This document shows positions 36,723 through 49,729 of a DNA stretch of 64,000 nucleotides, piece after piece. The translations under genes were made by a program, and so were the position numbers. The notes beneath the pieces were generated by a model. That model was not told the origin of the DNA and made no database searches. It was given only the letters and a program-made list of their open reading frames with translations. The DNA is from Macrostomum lignano (Eukaryota). Position 1 is the first letter of the stretch. The number at the start of each line of letters is the position of its first letter. The stretch spans positions 75,004 to 139,003 of the forward strand of contig NIVC01003207.1 of NCBI GenBank assembly GCA_002269645.1. Direction: 5' to 3'.

Positions 36723-37993
36723 CTAAGGCAGCGCAGAGGCGGTAAAGCCGAGAACCTCAACTTCGCACAGGCTGACGTAAGTGTTCAGCCGATTGATGAG
36801 GCGAACCCGACTGCCGTAGCCGAGGCAGCTGACCGTCTTGATGGAGAAGCTCTGAGCTACGTCCACCCTGGCGCACTCGATATCGTCAACCAGCAGGGTG
36901 AAGCTGTTGAGCCTCTCAGCGCAGCAGTCCTGCCTGTTGAAGATGCGGACTGCCGTGATGCGGGACTGCTGAGCGAGGTCGGCCTGCCACCACTGGAAGT
37001 CGCCTCCGTCGGTGTGGGTGCAGGAGCCTCCGTAAAAGTTTTGATTCTTGTTACCGTCGATCGCTAGACCGCAGAAATATTGTCCAAGAGTGGAGATCTG
37101 GCTGCAGTTTCGAATGGTCAGAACGGATTCCGTTGGCGCTGCAAGAGTCAATAAACTCTCAAATTTAGAAATAATTTGTAGAACTGCATTAATGAGTGCC
37201 CTGATTGGCAGTAAAATATGGAATATTTTTCAGTCAATAATCCTGTCACACAGCCTTTCAGCCTGTTTAGAGGCAATGATGTGCAACTTGCAAGCGATGG
37301 AAATAAAGAAGCCTGGTTATTCTTCCCGCAGCAGTTAATCTGCAAATCCAGTAGTCCCCACGCCTAGTGATGTGTTACACTTTTATAAGTATGGTATGAT
37401 AAGTATTCGTAAGTGTGGGTGCAGGAGCCTTCGTGAAAGTTCTGATCCGTGTTACCATCGATTGCTTGACCGCAGACTGCGCTCTGGTAAGTAGAGATCT
37501 GACTGCAGTTTCGGACAGTCAAAAAGGCTTCTGTTGGCTCTAAAGCTACCAAAGCGAAGGGCAGACATTGAAATAACAGTTTTGAATCTCAGCACTTATA
37601 ACCAAAAATTCCTCCTTAACATTATTTATGTCATTGAATTCATTCAGTGTGGAACTCACAGTCGAAAGACTTCGTGAAGACGTCGACCGGCTTGTCGCTC
37701 GGCTGCCACAGCGACTTGCTGAAGAACGCAGCGATGCTGAACAGCTGGCACGACAGACTCGCCTCTTGCCAGTAGAAGCCGAAGCAGACACCGGACTGGG
37801 CTCTGCACTGCAGAGAGCACTGCAGCTCGCTGCCAACTTCCTGCACGGACTTGAAGGACTGCGGCACCGTCAGGCTGTGGGGCTGGGCTAAAGAGAACAG
37901 CGTCTGGTTGGCGCAGCTGCCGGGGTCATTGCCTGCGACTTTCGAGGAGGTTGTCGCCAGCAGAGCGAATGCCAGTTGAAGGAGACGTTGCAT
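36723..37993 (-). CDS. Secreted PAN/Apple + F-type lectin (FTP) protein, copy A; exons 37993-37660 and 37138-36723; 249 aa
   Basis: Hydrophobic N-terminus; PAN-like C-x3-C-x5-C-FGFYW-x6-C; AIDGN; intact fucose motif H-x26-R-x-D-x4-R; phase-1 GT/AG junction. Confidence 0.85.
37364..37545 (-). other. Truncated FTP exon (possible alternative terminal exon) inside lectin A
   Basis: Phase-1 TAG acceptor. Encodes the FTP N-half up to GSCTHT, then an unrelated tail and a stop. Confidence 0.7.
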
Positions 37994-38479
37994 TTTTTGG
38001 TTTTGGTTGGGTATTAACGGCCTGAAGCTCTAGCTTAACCTCACAGATGAAAACAAGACATGGGCTTAGCCTGCTGCTTTAGCAGTTTATAATAAATTTG
38101 AGTGGATACGATGCTAAATATCCCTTCCCCACAGATAATGCAACATTTTGCAATGCACATCTGCGCTTAATTTACGGGATTTAAGGCTATTGGGATAATT
38201 CTCGTTGCTGTGTAGTTGATGGTGGGGGGGCAGTGAGAGATGAGGGTATTGCTTTGGGCTGCGCCGCATAGCTACGTAATGATGGGCAGCAGAGGCTGTA
38301 AAAGTTGCGATCCTTTTCCCCTAAGGCAGCTCACAATCTCTCAACGGAGCAGCTCTCAGGACAATTGCAAAGGCTTGCTTCCAAATAGACAGGCCAGAAT
38401 TAGTGTTAGAAAATTTAATCATCATATTGCATTGTATAAATAGTCCACTGTCACGCATTTTTATGGCATTGGATGCGTT

Positions 38480-39600
38480 TAAGTCGACTTGGATATTTGC
38501 TGTAGGCTTTGGGTTGCTGACCATTCTTCCAATCCTTTCGACTGAGGAAGCTGTCAGGAGCGGCCAGGGGGAAGGCATGAGCGGGGCCGCAGTCCCCACC
38601 CCCATTTGATTGTCAGATGTCGTGTCGGCAGAAGCTCCCGCCTCCGCCGCGGCAGCTTTACGCGTCTCGCCCGGCCTCCTCACTGCCACTTTGAGGGTCG
38701 GCTTCGTAGGAGCGGATGCGCAGCTTCCAAAGGCCGGCGTTGATGAAGCTGTCGTGTGGATAACGCCGCATCCAGGCGTCCGACAGGCATCGAATGGATG
38801 TGAAGCCTGTGACGTCGGTGCGCTTTAGGATGGCATACACCATTAGGCCCGCGGCAGGGACCTCTCGGTTGACTGCAAGCAGCCCTTCGGGAGCTCGTCA
38901 GCAGAGGTAACGACGCTTCTGGCTGGAACCCTGATTCTGTGCCTTTCGGTCCGGGGGCGTTTGTTCTCTCTTCAGAAGGCTAGGTTGAGGTCCCAGCTCT
39001 GCTGTGAAGCCAGCAGCTGAAGGAGCCGCCGTCCCGAGTCAGCATCACCGGGCCACATCCCTAGTCGCATTCGAGTGAATGTTCATAGGCGTGCCCTTTA
39101 GATTAAGCTTCCACAATGGGCCATCAACAGTGCGACTCAACTGCTTCAGCTGATCGGGGGACAGGCGCACATCCTTCCCCAGGATGGCAACCGTCGGTTG
39201 CCTCTCGGCCGCAACAGAATAGGAGGCCCAGGGTTCGGTGGAGCCTTGATCAGGTGGGCTGTCCATCCTCCCGGCTGCATCAGCCTCCCTATCCTGGGCA
39301 GGAGACTTCAGTGGTCTCAGGGCCCTTCTTCCGTCGCTGCCCCTACCGCCGAAATTGGAAATCTTCCCCTGTCACGAGGCGTTAGCCCCTGGCGCTGTTT
39401 AAGCTTCCACCCTCCTTGGCCCGCCTCCTTGTTAAGCCGGCGGCGGGCAGCTCCAGAGGTGATGCTTAGTTGCTTGGTAGTGTTGCATAGGGAAAGAGAC
39501 AATGAAGTTATCGCGGATCAAGCCGCATCTTATTTTTTCTGCTTATTTGTTTCTTTAGGCTCACTTTTCGTATATATAAACTAAAGCGTTGGTAGGGCGA
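38480..39600 (-). mobile_element. Decayed LINE ORF1 (gag/DUF4780-like) remnant
   Basis: Broken GC-rich frames such as SYSVAAERQPTVAILGKDVRLSPDQLKQL resemble DUF4780-type ORF1. Weak, by-eye similarity only. Confidence 0.3.
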
Positions 39601-42529
39601 GAGCCATAAACAGAGAAGTTAGCGCAAAAGTACAAGTACGCAGCAGGTAGCTGGAGTGGCAGGTGTCTTCTCGGAGGCACCGATCAGAGTTCTTCTCGGC
39701 GTCCCCGATGGTAGCAGATGGTATGGCCACGTAGTCCAGGGCCCCGGCCGATGCCCGGAGGCAGTGTGTCATCCACAGCCGGCAGGTTACTTCAACTAGA
39801 AGCCATTAGCAGGAAGTAAAAGGTGGGACTTCCTGCAGAACACAGGCAAAGAGCCGCTAGGCCGCAACCCCAAACCAAGTGGCAGGTCCGCAAAATAGAA
39901 GAATACCACCCTGTGAGGGGACCCAAAAGCCCAGGGGGGACCGTTTGCGACCAGACTACTCCCTGGCCAAGCGTCCATTAGCACGGAGTTACACTGGGAC
40001 CTTGGAGGGTGCGTTTTTTTATGGTCAAACCAGGACCTCGGCACGAACGAATCAGCTTGGCAAGGCCCCATGAGGCCTGTCTTAACACCCACAGGACGAG
40101 TACCTTCAGAGTGCAAGGTGAAAGGCAGGAGACGAAGACTCTTGAGCTATCAGCCCGCCAGAGGAGGCAGGTGTGAGCATCGCTAGCTGCAAAAGAGGCC
40201 ATACCAGACTCATACTGCACAGATAGTTTACCACGAAATTTTGTGCAGGACCCGGGGTCATAGGGGCAACATCCTTGGCAACTAATACGTGAGCATGGTA
40301 GCTATCCATTGAGTGAAACTAAATATCGGAAATATAATAATTATCTTTTTCACTTTGCAAATCTGAAATGTTTTCGTCTCGCAACCTCACGCTAAGTAAA
40401 TTTTGTAAGATGAAGACCCACGCTTTCATTATTAGTACATGTATCTCTATCCGTTATGATGTAACCCGGTCGTGGGACTAGTCCAGGATCTAGGATGGAA
40501 TACCAGGGTAGAAGAAAAGCTACTTCCCTCAGTTGGTTTTGGGTAGCTTGAGTTGTGATTGAGAGGCCGAGGTTCCTCGGATTAAACTAGCCGCTCCGGA
40601 GTGTTTTATATTATAGTACTCGTAGGTACTCGCCAGAGGCGTGGACGCCACCAGCTACACCTGGAAACTTTCATTAATGAAAGCAGACTCCCAGCCTGCT
40701 ACGGCAACGAATTGGGAGCCGAAAAAAAGCGAATAAAAGCGAATAAAAGCGAATAAAAAACCGAAAAAAGCGAAGATTCCGAAAAAGCGGAGTTTGAGGT
40801 GGAAGGGAGGAAGTACGTTGGGCAAGGGATGAGTCATCCGATGAGTCATCGGGGAAAGGGCCCGGATATCTAGGGGTTGAGATTGTGTTCGGCGCACCTG
40901 AGGAATGCATTTAATACATTAGAATTTTAAGTGTAGATTGGCTGGCCAATCGCTGTTAGCGGGGCCGGGGGTGCTTGCCACCGCCCTTGTGTTCGCCGCC
41001 ACTTGGGCGGGTTGGGTGTCAGAAGAGCCTTTTTAGCCTCACCTTGTTTCGCTTCATTTGCGCGCGCGTTTTTTTCTGGCTTAGCCCCCCACCTTTACTC
41101 GTAATCACAATTTCTAGTTTCCTTTTGCTTTCGATTATATTTTACATTATCAAACGTTTACATTTGCAAATATACTCGCGTTTCGTATGTTGTCCATACA
41201 GGGCGGTAGGATGTTTTTTCGTGCTCTGCAATTGTTGTCTCCTCTGCTCTATCCCTCCGGCCGTTCCGCTAATGGGGGCCTGACCGCTGTAACATCAGTT
41301 ATTAATACCGGGATTTCAGGGTTCTTGACAGTTGGTGAAAAACACTTTGTTGTTACTAATTGCTCATATCATTATTACTGTTGCTGACAGCAATAACAGG
41401 TGCGATGCATTGTCATCCGGAATCGATGAACTTAAGATTACAAATTTCAATGCTTGATATCATATCCTAGTAAAGCCTATTTTTAGGCTCCATTTTTTTG
41501 AGAAGACCAGTCGCTTTTGATCTCATATTTTAGACTCGGGGCAAAGCTTTCCGGTCCAGATACTAGCTAGAGAAGTCCATGTCCAAAACACTCCATCATT
41601 TCTGGCTTTCAAACCGCATTACAGCCATAGACAAAAAACAGCAAACGTTTTGCTAGTCAATGGAGGTAATACATAAACATATAGCATCAAGCATCGTGAT
41701 TTGACATACGACAAAATGTTGAAAAATTTTGAAAATCTTTAAAGCATTTTCAGACTCGTGCAAATGAAGTGTATGAGCTTTCTCACACTGTCCAACTATG
41801 AAATGTCAGTGAATCTGTTATTGGGGCCTAACTTACTATAAATTAAAAGGGCAAATATCAAAGCTATAGTTGGCGAGCATCGGCCGACGGACAGCTATAC
41901 CTACATCCAAGTTTTGCTGCGTTTCTGCAAACGCCACTGTGCTATGGTTGATGGAGTATTCAATGAGGCAACCTTCCGAACTGTTCGATGGTGTACTCAA
42001 AGAACTATACGGTTTAAGGTCATTTACAACTGCCAGGCTTACGTCATCCGACATGTCACGTTGACAATTGGTGCTGACAGCAATCGGCACCCTCTAGCTC
42101 AATGCTACTATATCTTTCGCAATAGGTAATGGTGCACAGTAGCTCCCTTTGCTGTCCCTCAATGACCGTAACCTCGTCCATGCTGTGACCACTGTCTAAA
42201 AGGTCACGCATGTGCAATGGTGTGTGTATGGCTTCGAAAGCAAAAACGCTTCATTGAGATCAACAATGAACAAGCACAACCTATTGACGCTGTAACAGGT
42301 AAGATTTTGCGTCCTGCCTGCACCCTCTGCTCACGTCGGATAGCTAAGAATTGAACTCAAAGCATGGTATTTTTGGGCCCAGGCTGCTGCGGTTCTACAG
42401 CCCAGCCGAGGCAATGGCCATGCCTTTGGGCCTGCAGAAGCGGGCGAGAGAAAAAGTGAAGTGAGCGCCTCCACTGTCTCTCCTTTTATTTTAAACACGA
42501 AGATACGCGTTTGAACGAAAATGCTTATA

Positions 42530-43600
42530 AGCTACACACATTCACCTCAACTTAGACGATGGACTGCAAACCCCCCTCTCTCATCCTCAGGAAGGGCTTC
42601 AAATGTACCCTTCCGCCGCGAGGGTGCCACCCATTGGACGTGGGCATCAACCGGAGAAGCCAGGGCATTCACTGCTTCACTGACGGATCCCTGTGTGACG
42701 GCCTAGCGGGCGCGGGCATTGCCATTTTCCACAAGGGTGAGACGATCTTTCAAGAGAGTCTTCATCTTGGTGAAAATGTCTCGGTTTTACAATCCGAAGT
42801 TATGGCTATCAACCAGTGCGCTGAGCATTTGCACAAAGCTGGCATCAGCAGCTTTGACATAAATTTTTACTCTGACAGCCAGGCTGCTATTAAAGCCTTG
42901 TCTTCCATCAAGCTCTCAACCAAGTCAGTTTCAGACAGCTTCAAAAGCTTGCAGACCCTGGCGATTCTCAACAGGATCAATGTTATCTGGATACCAGGCC
43001 ACAGCAATATCCTCGGAATTGAGCCTGTGGATCAACTCACCTAACGGGGTAGCACCCCGGGTGGAGCGCAACGCTCGGTCAAGTTACCTTCTCCGAAGTC
43101 ATCAGTCAACCGCGCCATTCAAGAGTGGCTGAACCACTAGCACCAGATCCACTGGAAGTATCCGAATATCTAATCTCCTTAAGCAAAACTGACCTCAGGG
43201 AGATGTGCATGGTCATTACTGGCCATGGCTTCTCCCAGAGACATATTTTACTGCAAAGTGGTTGCTCCCCTATCTGCCCATTCCGTGATTTAGAGGAGGA
43301 AACCTCGACGCACCACGTCACTTTCTGCCTGCACTTCAACGAGGCGCGGAGACGTCACCTCGGTCACCCGCTAAGGCTGGACGAGCTCACCACTCCGGAC
43401 CGGATCCGTGACCTGCGCGCATTCGTTCGGGATTCTGGACGGATGAAGATCGCAGACGCCACTCTCGCGAGCTCTTCTGCTGCCGACGAGGGGTGGGCGC
43501 AGCCCCAAGGCTAACGCCTTCCTGTTTTTAGCTTGGCCGGGTTGTGATAGGGGCCTCGCGGCCTAATCGCGGCGTTCGGCCCCCTTCGTCGGTAGTAATT
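42530..43600 (+). mobile_element. 5'-truncated LINE 3' end with RNase H and CCHC remnant (I/Loa-like)
   Basis: [31 protein letters not shown], then ITGH..CPF..EET..H..C, with stops and a frameshift. Confidence 0.8.
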
Positions 43601-44059
43601 AAGCAATCTACATGGAACAAATATGGTTTTAGGCAGCCGCCCTTCACAAATATGACGGCATTATATGCAGTTCATAGACGCCACGTAGCTTGTACTTGAC
43701 AACAAGAAAAATTTTGTAACTCCCTTAAATGCATTAGCAAGAAGGCGCGAAAAAAAATTAACAACAAAGTTAATTGCAGTTTAAAATGTGAATTGGTGTT
43801 TTTACTTATAATATAAAGTCTTCACCATTCTGTGGTCTTCACCATTGACTTCACGCTCACCGTTAAGCACAACAAAGCTTATAGCCAACGAATATACTGG
43901 CTCGTAGTTAATTTTAGAAAAACAAAATTAAAGATTCTTGGAAAAGTTTTAGTTATATTCAGACTTTAAACACATGACACGTTACTTTCGGAATCTCATT
44001 CTGAATCGCTTCAACTTGTGTGTATTTGTGACACCGAAGAAGCTCCTTAGGTCGGTCCT

Positions 44060-45331
44060 TTAAGGCAGCGCAGAGACGGTGAAGCCGAGAACCTCAACTT
44101 CGCACAGGCTGAACACAAGACCATGCAAGCGACTGACGAGGCGAACCCGACTGCCGTAGCCGACGCAGCTGACCGTCTTGATGGAGAAGCTCGGATCTGC
44201 GTCCACGCTGGCGCACTCGACATCGTCAACCAGCAGGGTGAAGTTGTTGAGCCTCTCAGCGCAGCAGTCCAGCCTATTAAAGATGCGGACTGCCGTGATG
44301 CGGGACTGCTGAGCGAGGTCGGCCTGCCACCAATGGAAGTCGCCTTCGTTGGTGTGGGTGCAGGAGTCATGAGAAAAATGCTGATTTTTGTTACCGTCGA
44401 TCGCTAGACCGCAGAAATATTGTCCAAGAGTGGAGATCTGGCTGCAGTTTCGAATGGTCAGAACGGATTCCGTTGGCGCTGCAAGAGTCAATAAACTCTC
44501 AAATTTAGGCATAATTTGTAGAACTGCATTAATGAGTGCCCTGATTGGCAGTAAAATATGGAATATTTTTCAGTCAATAATCCTGTCACACAGCCTTTCA
44601 GCCTGTTTAGAGGCAATGATGTGCAACTTGCAAGCGGATGGAAATAAAGAAGTCTGGTTATTCTTCCCACAGTTAATCTGCAAATCCAGTGGTCCTCACG
44701 CCTAGTGATGTGTTACACTTTTATAAGTATGGTATGATAAGTATTCGTAAGTGTGGGTGCAGGAGCCTTCGTGAAAGTTCTGATCCGTGTTACCATCGAT
44801 TGCTTGACCGCAGACTGCGCTCTGGTAAGTAGAGATCTGACTGCAGTTTCGGACAGTCAAAAAGGCTTCTGTTAGCTTTAAAGCTACCAAAGCGAAGGGC
44901 AGACATTGAAATAACAGTTTTGAATCTCAGCATTTATAACCTAAAATTCCTCCTTAACATTATTTATGTCATTGAATTCATTCAGTGTGAAACTCACAGT
45001 CGAAAGACTTCGTGAAGACGTCGACCGGCTTGTCGCTCGGCTGCCACAGCGAATTGCTGAAGAACGCAGCGATGCTGAACAGCTGGCACGACAGACTCGC
45101 CTCTTGCCAGTAGAAGCCGAAGCAGACACCGGACTGGGCCCTGCACTGCAGAGAGCACTGCAGCTCGCTGCCAACTGCCTGCACGGACTTGAAGGACTGC
45201 GGCACCGTCAGGCTGTGGGGCTGGGCTAAAGAGAACAGCTTCTGGTTGGCGCAGCTGCCAGGGTCATTGCCTGAGACTGTCGAGCAGGTTGTCGCCAACA
45301 GAGCGAGTGCCAGTTGAAGCAGATGTTGCAT
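44060..45331 (-). CDS. Secreted PAN/Apple + F-type lectin protein, copy B; exons 45331-44998 and 44478-44060; 250 aa
   Basis: Same architecture as copy A, with the H-x26-R-x-D-x4-R motif intact. Confidence 0.85.
44702..44883 (-). other. Truncated FTP exon inside lectin B
   Basis: Near-identical to 37364-37545, with the same acceptor and stop. Confidence 0.7.
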
Positions 45332-46376
45332 TTTTTTGTTTTGGTTGGGTATTAACGGCCTGAAGCTCTAGCTTAACCTCACAGATGAAAACAAGGCATG
45401 GGTTTAGTCTGCTGCTTTAGCAGTTTATAATAAATTTGAGTGGATACGATGCAAAATATCCCTTCCCCCCAGATAATGCAATATTTTGCAATGCACATCT
45501 GCGCTTAATTTACGGGATTTAAGGCTATTGGGATAATTCTGGTTGCTATGCAGTTGATGGGGATGGGGATACTGCTGTCAGGTGCAGCGCATGGAGATGC
45601 ATCATAATGAGCAGCAGATGCATTGCAAGTTGCGATCCCATTCCCCATAGGCAGCTCCAAGTCTCTCAACGGAGCAGTTGTGAGGACAATAGAAAAAGTT
45701 TTAGCTGCTTAAACACCTAGGCCAGGATTAGGGTTTTAAAATCGATTCTATTACCTTATATTATAGTCCGCTGTCACGCATTTTAATTGAAAGCGTTGAA
45801 GCCGTTGAAGGAGGCACTGGAGTTGCCTATTCCTCTGACCCTGCCAACTGCAGAATTAAAAGCAGCTGAGAGACTGAGTGAGATTTGTTTACGAGCAGCA
45901 GTGAAGCCGGAGTAGGTGTGCGGGCAGAAATTGATTCATAATCTTGAGGTTAAAGTTAAAATTTTATTTTGGCAACAAATTTAGGCTCGTATTTAGTCTG
46001 GTCTCCGCCTTTTCGCCCTTGCGTTCTCGTTTGCTCAGATTTTTTTTCGCTTTTTCATTCGACTGTTAAATCTTTCGAAAGAAATAAATTCGTCCGCAAG
46101 CTTTGTTTCGCGCAGAGGTTCCGTTTCGTGCCACCTCTAGTCTTGCCTCGATCCTTTCCTCGCGGTTTAAGGGCGAATTGCCGTTTTGAATGGCATTTTC
46201 CCATTTTGATGGTCCATTCCACATTCTATGGTTGCGTATTCCCAAGCAGCTCGAGCCTGCGGTCTGGCTTGAATGTCTATGGCGTCCCGTTTTGATTATC
46301 CAAATTCCCATTTAGATCATCAAAAGCAATACTAGCTTGCAAAATGCCATAATAAGAATTGCGGGAGGGCTAGGAC

Positions 46377-46704
46377 CATGGATGAATAATATAACTGGAT
46401 CGCCAAAAGCTCAATTTTTTTGGTCCTAGCCATAGACAGGCACCAGCATCACAAGAAGCTCATGACGCCTTGAATTTATTGTCTTCACTTGACTCTCATT
46501 TGTCAAGTTTGCTTGCAACTCATTTGGCTGTTTGTTTTCGCCTTTTATTGTTTGTTTGTTTGTCAAGGTTTGCAGCTTCTGCAACTGCTATTTGTCTATG
46601 TGTGAAAGTACGGCGTCATGAGCTTCTTGTGATGCTGGTGCCTGTTTATGGCTAGGACCAAACAAATCTAGCTTTTGGCGATCCAGTTATGTTATTCATT
46701 CATG
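46377..46704. mobile_element. 328-bp hAT-type MITE with ~93-bp TIRs and 8-bp TSD GCTAGGAC
   Basis: Arms at 46377-46469 and 46612-46704. TSD at 46369-46376 and 46705-46712. Confidence 0.8.
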
Positions 46705-47077
46705 GCTAGGACACACTGGCGCAGCGCTTTCGGCGACGATATCCCAAAATCAACGCTGGGGCAATTCTGGCCATTCATCTTCATTCAGCTGACTTCTGAG
46801 CACATGCAATCGCGCCAATGCGCACACATGCACACGCTTACAAAGGTTGTGCAGTGGCCTTAGCTTGATCTACTGACCAGGTATGTACACTCACTGTGTC
46901 TTAGGGGTTGGCCGTCAAGGGTGTGACTGGCATGACAACCCTTCGGTCAATTTTTTACATTGCTAGGCCAAAAATTAATGTGGCCGCAAATGGAATCGAG
47001 CCAGAAATCGTGGCGAGAGATTTAGGGTTAGGGTAACACTTTAGCCAGTCAGTCACATGGCTTGTGCCATAGACTAA

Positions 47078-47341
47078 CTGTACCGGATATTGATGCGTCT
47101 TTTGCTTTCAGTAGGTTAAATATTTTCTCCCCCTTTTTCCAAACATGTCTATGGAAAAGTAAGTCCGAGGATGATATTATCAAGGCCTCGGCTTCGCCGA
47201 TAATGATATTATCAAGGCCTCGGCTTCGCCTCGGCCTGAGAAATGCATCCTCGGACTTAATTTTCTATAGACATGTTTGGAAAAAGGGGGAGAAAATATT
47301 TAACCTACTGAAAGCAAAAGACGCATCAATATCCGGTACAG
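47078..47341. repeat. Near-perfect 96-bp inverted repeat with a GGCCTCGGCTTCGCC-containing spacer
   Basis: Arms at 47078-47173 and 47246-47341. Confidence 0.85.
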
Positions 47342-47826
47342 CTTCGCCTCGGTCTGAGAAATGCATCCTCGGACTTACTTTTCCATAGCCACACTGGGAA
47401 AAGGAGGAGAATGTATACTTAAATCACAGAATATGCACCGAATGCCGATTCGAGTATTTTTGTTTAAAAAATCGGTACAAGAATTAAAATCCCACCAGCC
47501 TACTCTTGTTGTGAAGCTTTGATAAGTAGGGCTTGATTTTTGCCATAGACTATTTTATGAATGAAACTGAAAAAGGAAAAGGAAAGGAAAGGTTTTCACT
47601 TAACTGAAAATTAAGTTCAGTCTGAGCTTTTCTGCGTAGCATGGCTGGAAAATCCAGACTCCAGTGCGCAGCCTATGCATGCCCAAACTATGCCTACAAG
47701 TGCCCTCCGGAGTCCCGGACACCCGATTCCTCACGGCGAACGCTGTGCTAAGGCAATGACCAAGTTGTTTGCCAGACTTCGCCTGCATCACTGGTGCAAC
47801 AGTCAGAGGACGCTCGCTCGGCAGAG

Positions 47827-49385
47827 TACAAGACATTGCCAACCCAAAAAGTGGAATCGGGGACGGTGCTAGGACCGAGTCCACCCAGGCTACCCCCCCC
47901 CCCCCCCCAGCAGACAAGTCCTCGAGAGTGCGCGAAAAACAGAATTGGATTTACTACTGAAAGCCGTCCAAGAGCGGGGAAACCCAGAAGTCTTGGAAGG
48001 GGCTTAACTGTTCGAGCGAGTCTGGAAGGCTTGTATCCGAGGGCGAGTCTCCTTGCAAGCCACAAGGGCATCACCTATCCAGCTCAATATTGGAGGCCAG
48101 GCCAAGGGGGGGAGGGGCACAAGGGGCAAGAGGAAACCGGACTCAGCCGGTTTTCCCCGATTCGGGACGAACATCCTTCCCAGGACTCCAATCCACTGTC
48201 AGAGATGAGAGCCAAGACACAATAAGCAAGGAGACAACCAGAGGAGCCAGCAGATGGACCAAGGACAGAGCAGGATGGACCGGGCAGGTAGGGCAGAGCT
48301 CATAACTCCGAGAATTGGAAGGCTTCTAATGGCCAGATAAAATAATAAAAGAATGGGGATAAAACCGCGCTGGGATGCCAGTCCAGAAAAAAAGAATGGC
48401 AGAAAGGAGGAGCACCTGAACCCTACTAGCAGGTGGGGAACACCCTGCAACCCGGGGCTCAGCCTCAGGGCTGGCATCAACTGGGCTCTACCGTACACTT
48501 TTGTGAATGGTCGTCGTTACTGCAGGGCGCGTGCGACCAGGGGGCTCAAGTCCCGTTCTGGCCACACTGCAGTCCAGGGGGGTCTTTCTCGAAAATTGCG
48601 TAAGTTCTATGGTAAGTTCGATCTTAAGTTAGAACTTTACGCTCTGCGTAAGATCAATACTAAGCCAGTTTCTCGAAACTCACTTAGACTTTGCGTGACT
48701 TACGCGATTCATAAGTCTAGTTAAGTCGATTAAGTGTTGCCTATGGAAGAGAAGACAAAAAATCAAATCTAAAAAGCTAATTTAAATGATATGTATTTCT
48801 TGCTTTTTTTACTAACAGTAATAGGAAATGGGCACCAGTTTTATTTTATTTTATTTTAGGAAAGTACCCAAAGAAATACATGCATGTACAAGCAAAAGAT
48901 TATAATGTTTTAGAACGCGAGCAGTTGTTAACCAGTTTTTTGGCTTGACAGTTAAAAGTCGTAACAGATCAAGTCAATTAAAGTAGACAATCAACCCGCA
49001 CAACTCCACATTGACCCCTAAATCACAGAACACACCAGTTGTCGTGGACATCACTACCAATCACAACCTCAGACTTGATCTGATCTTTGCTCTCACTTGC
49101 AGTATTAAAGATATCATACCCTGAGATCTCTCCGATAAGTGCTTCTTACCGAGATACCGAGCAGTCGTAGGGTTAAGATCAACCTTACGAAAGACCATAG
49201 ACATACGAACGTTTCGAGAAACAGTCTTTTGGCAAAGTTACGAGCTCACAAAGTTGCGATCGATCGTACGTCGTTTCAAGTTGCGAGACTTTCGAGCAAG
49301 CCATAAGCACTTCCTCCCCAACTTACGTCTTTGGCCGATCGTAAGTTGCTTTCGAGAAAGACCCCCCCAGATCTCCAACTCACTC
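47827..49385 (+). mobile_element. RTE-like LINE 3' fragment (copy 2) flanked by 84-bp direct repeats and interrupted by a MITE
   Basis: Direct repeats at 47743-47826 and 49386-49469 (2 mismatches). C-terminal SRWTKDRAGWTGQV resembles the RTE W..DR..W motif. Homologous to 35600-35994. Confidence 0.55.
48578..49367. mobile_element. ~790-bp non-autonomous Harbinger-like element, TIR GGGGGTCTTTCTCGAAA, (C)CAG TSD
   Basis: 17-bp perfect TIRs. The empty site AGTCCAGATCTCC is visible in the paralogous repeat at ~35970. Confidence 0.85.
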
Positions 49386-49729
49386 CTGTGCTAAGGCAAT
49401 GGCCAAGTTGTTTGCCAGACTTCGCCTGCATCACTGGTGCAACAGTCAGAGGACGCTCGCTCAGCAGAGAAAGCGGGGGCGTACGACAGGAATAAAGAGA
49501 GCTGAAGAGAGGAAAAAGCTGGTGCGATTAAATGCTGTTTAACTGTAGTTTAACTGTGATGCGAATGAATTCTGCTTAGCTGTTGTTTGTTGATGATGCG
49601 AATGAATTCTGTTTAACTTGAGTTCTTCATTGTTTGGTTTGTTTAAATGATAAACTAAGAAAAAATGATAAAAATTTTACATTTGGTCCTCCAGGTTATT
49701 TATTATTCTTCGCTAATTTATACTACTGG

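Larger units (their letters stand above)
36655..38480. repeat. Segmental duplication unit containing lectin gene A (paralog at ~43979-45800)
   Basis: Exons, introns and upstream flank align closely with 43979-45800. Confidence 0.9.
43979..45800. repeat. Segmental duplication unit containing lectin gene B (paralog at ~36655-38480)
   Basis: Direct-orientation paralog of 36655-38480. Confidence 0.9.

Noticed and set aside
37628-37891. Plus-strand ORFs (also 44966-45229, 44123-44407, 54483-54956)
   Set aside because: They are antisense shadows of the lectin exons.
40461-41250. LTR retrotransposon start (TGTAAC...CTACA plus leader)
   Set aside because: No TSD, second LTR, PBS/PPT or coding remnant could be identified.
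41830-42360. Transposase-like coding remnant
   Set aside because: Frames are broken and no recognisable motif was found.
47020-47036. Interstitial telomere (TTAGGG)2
   Set aside because: Only two units, too short to distinguish from chance or an element's internal motif.
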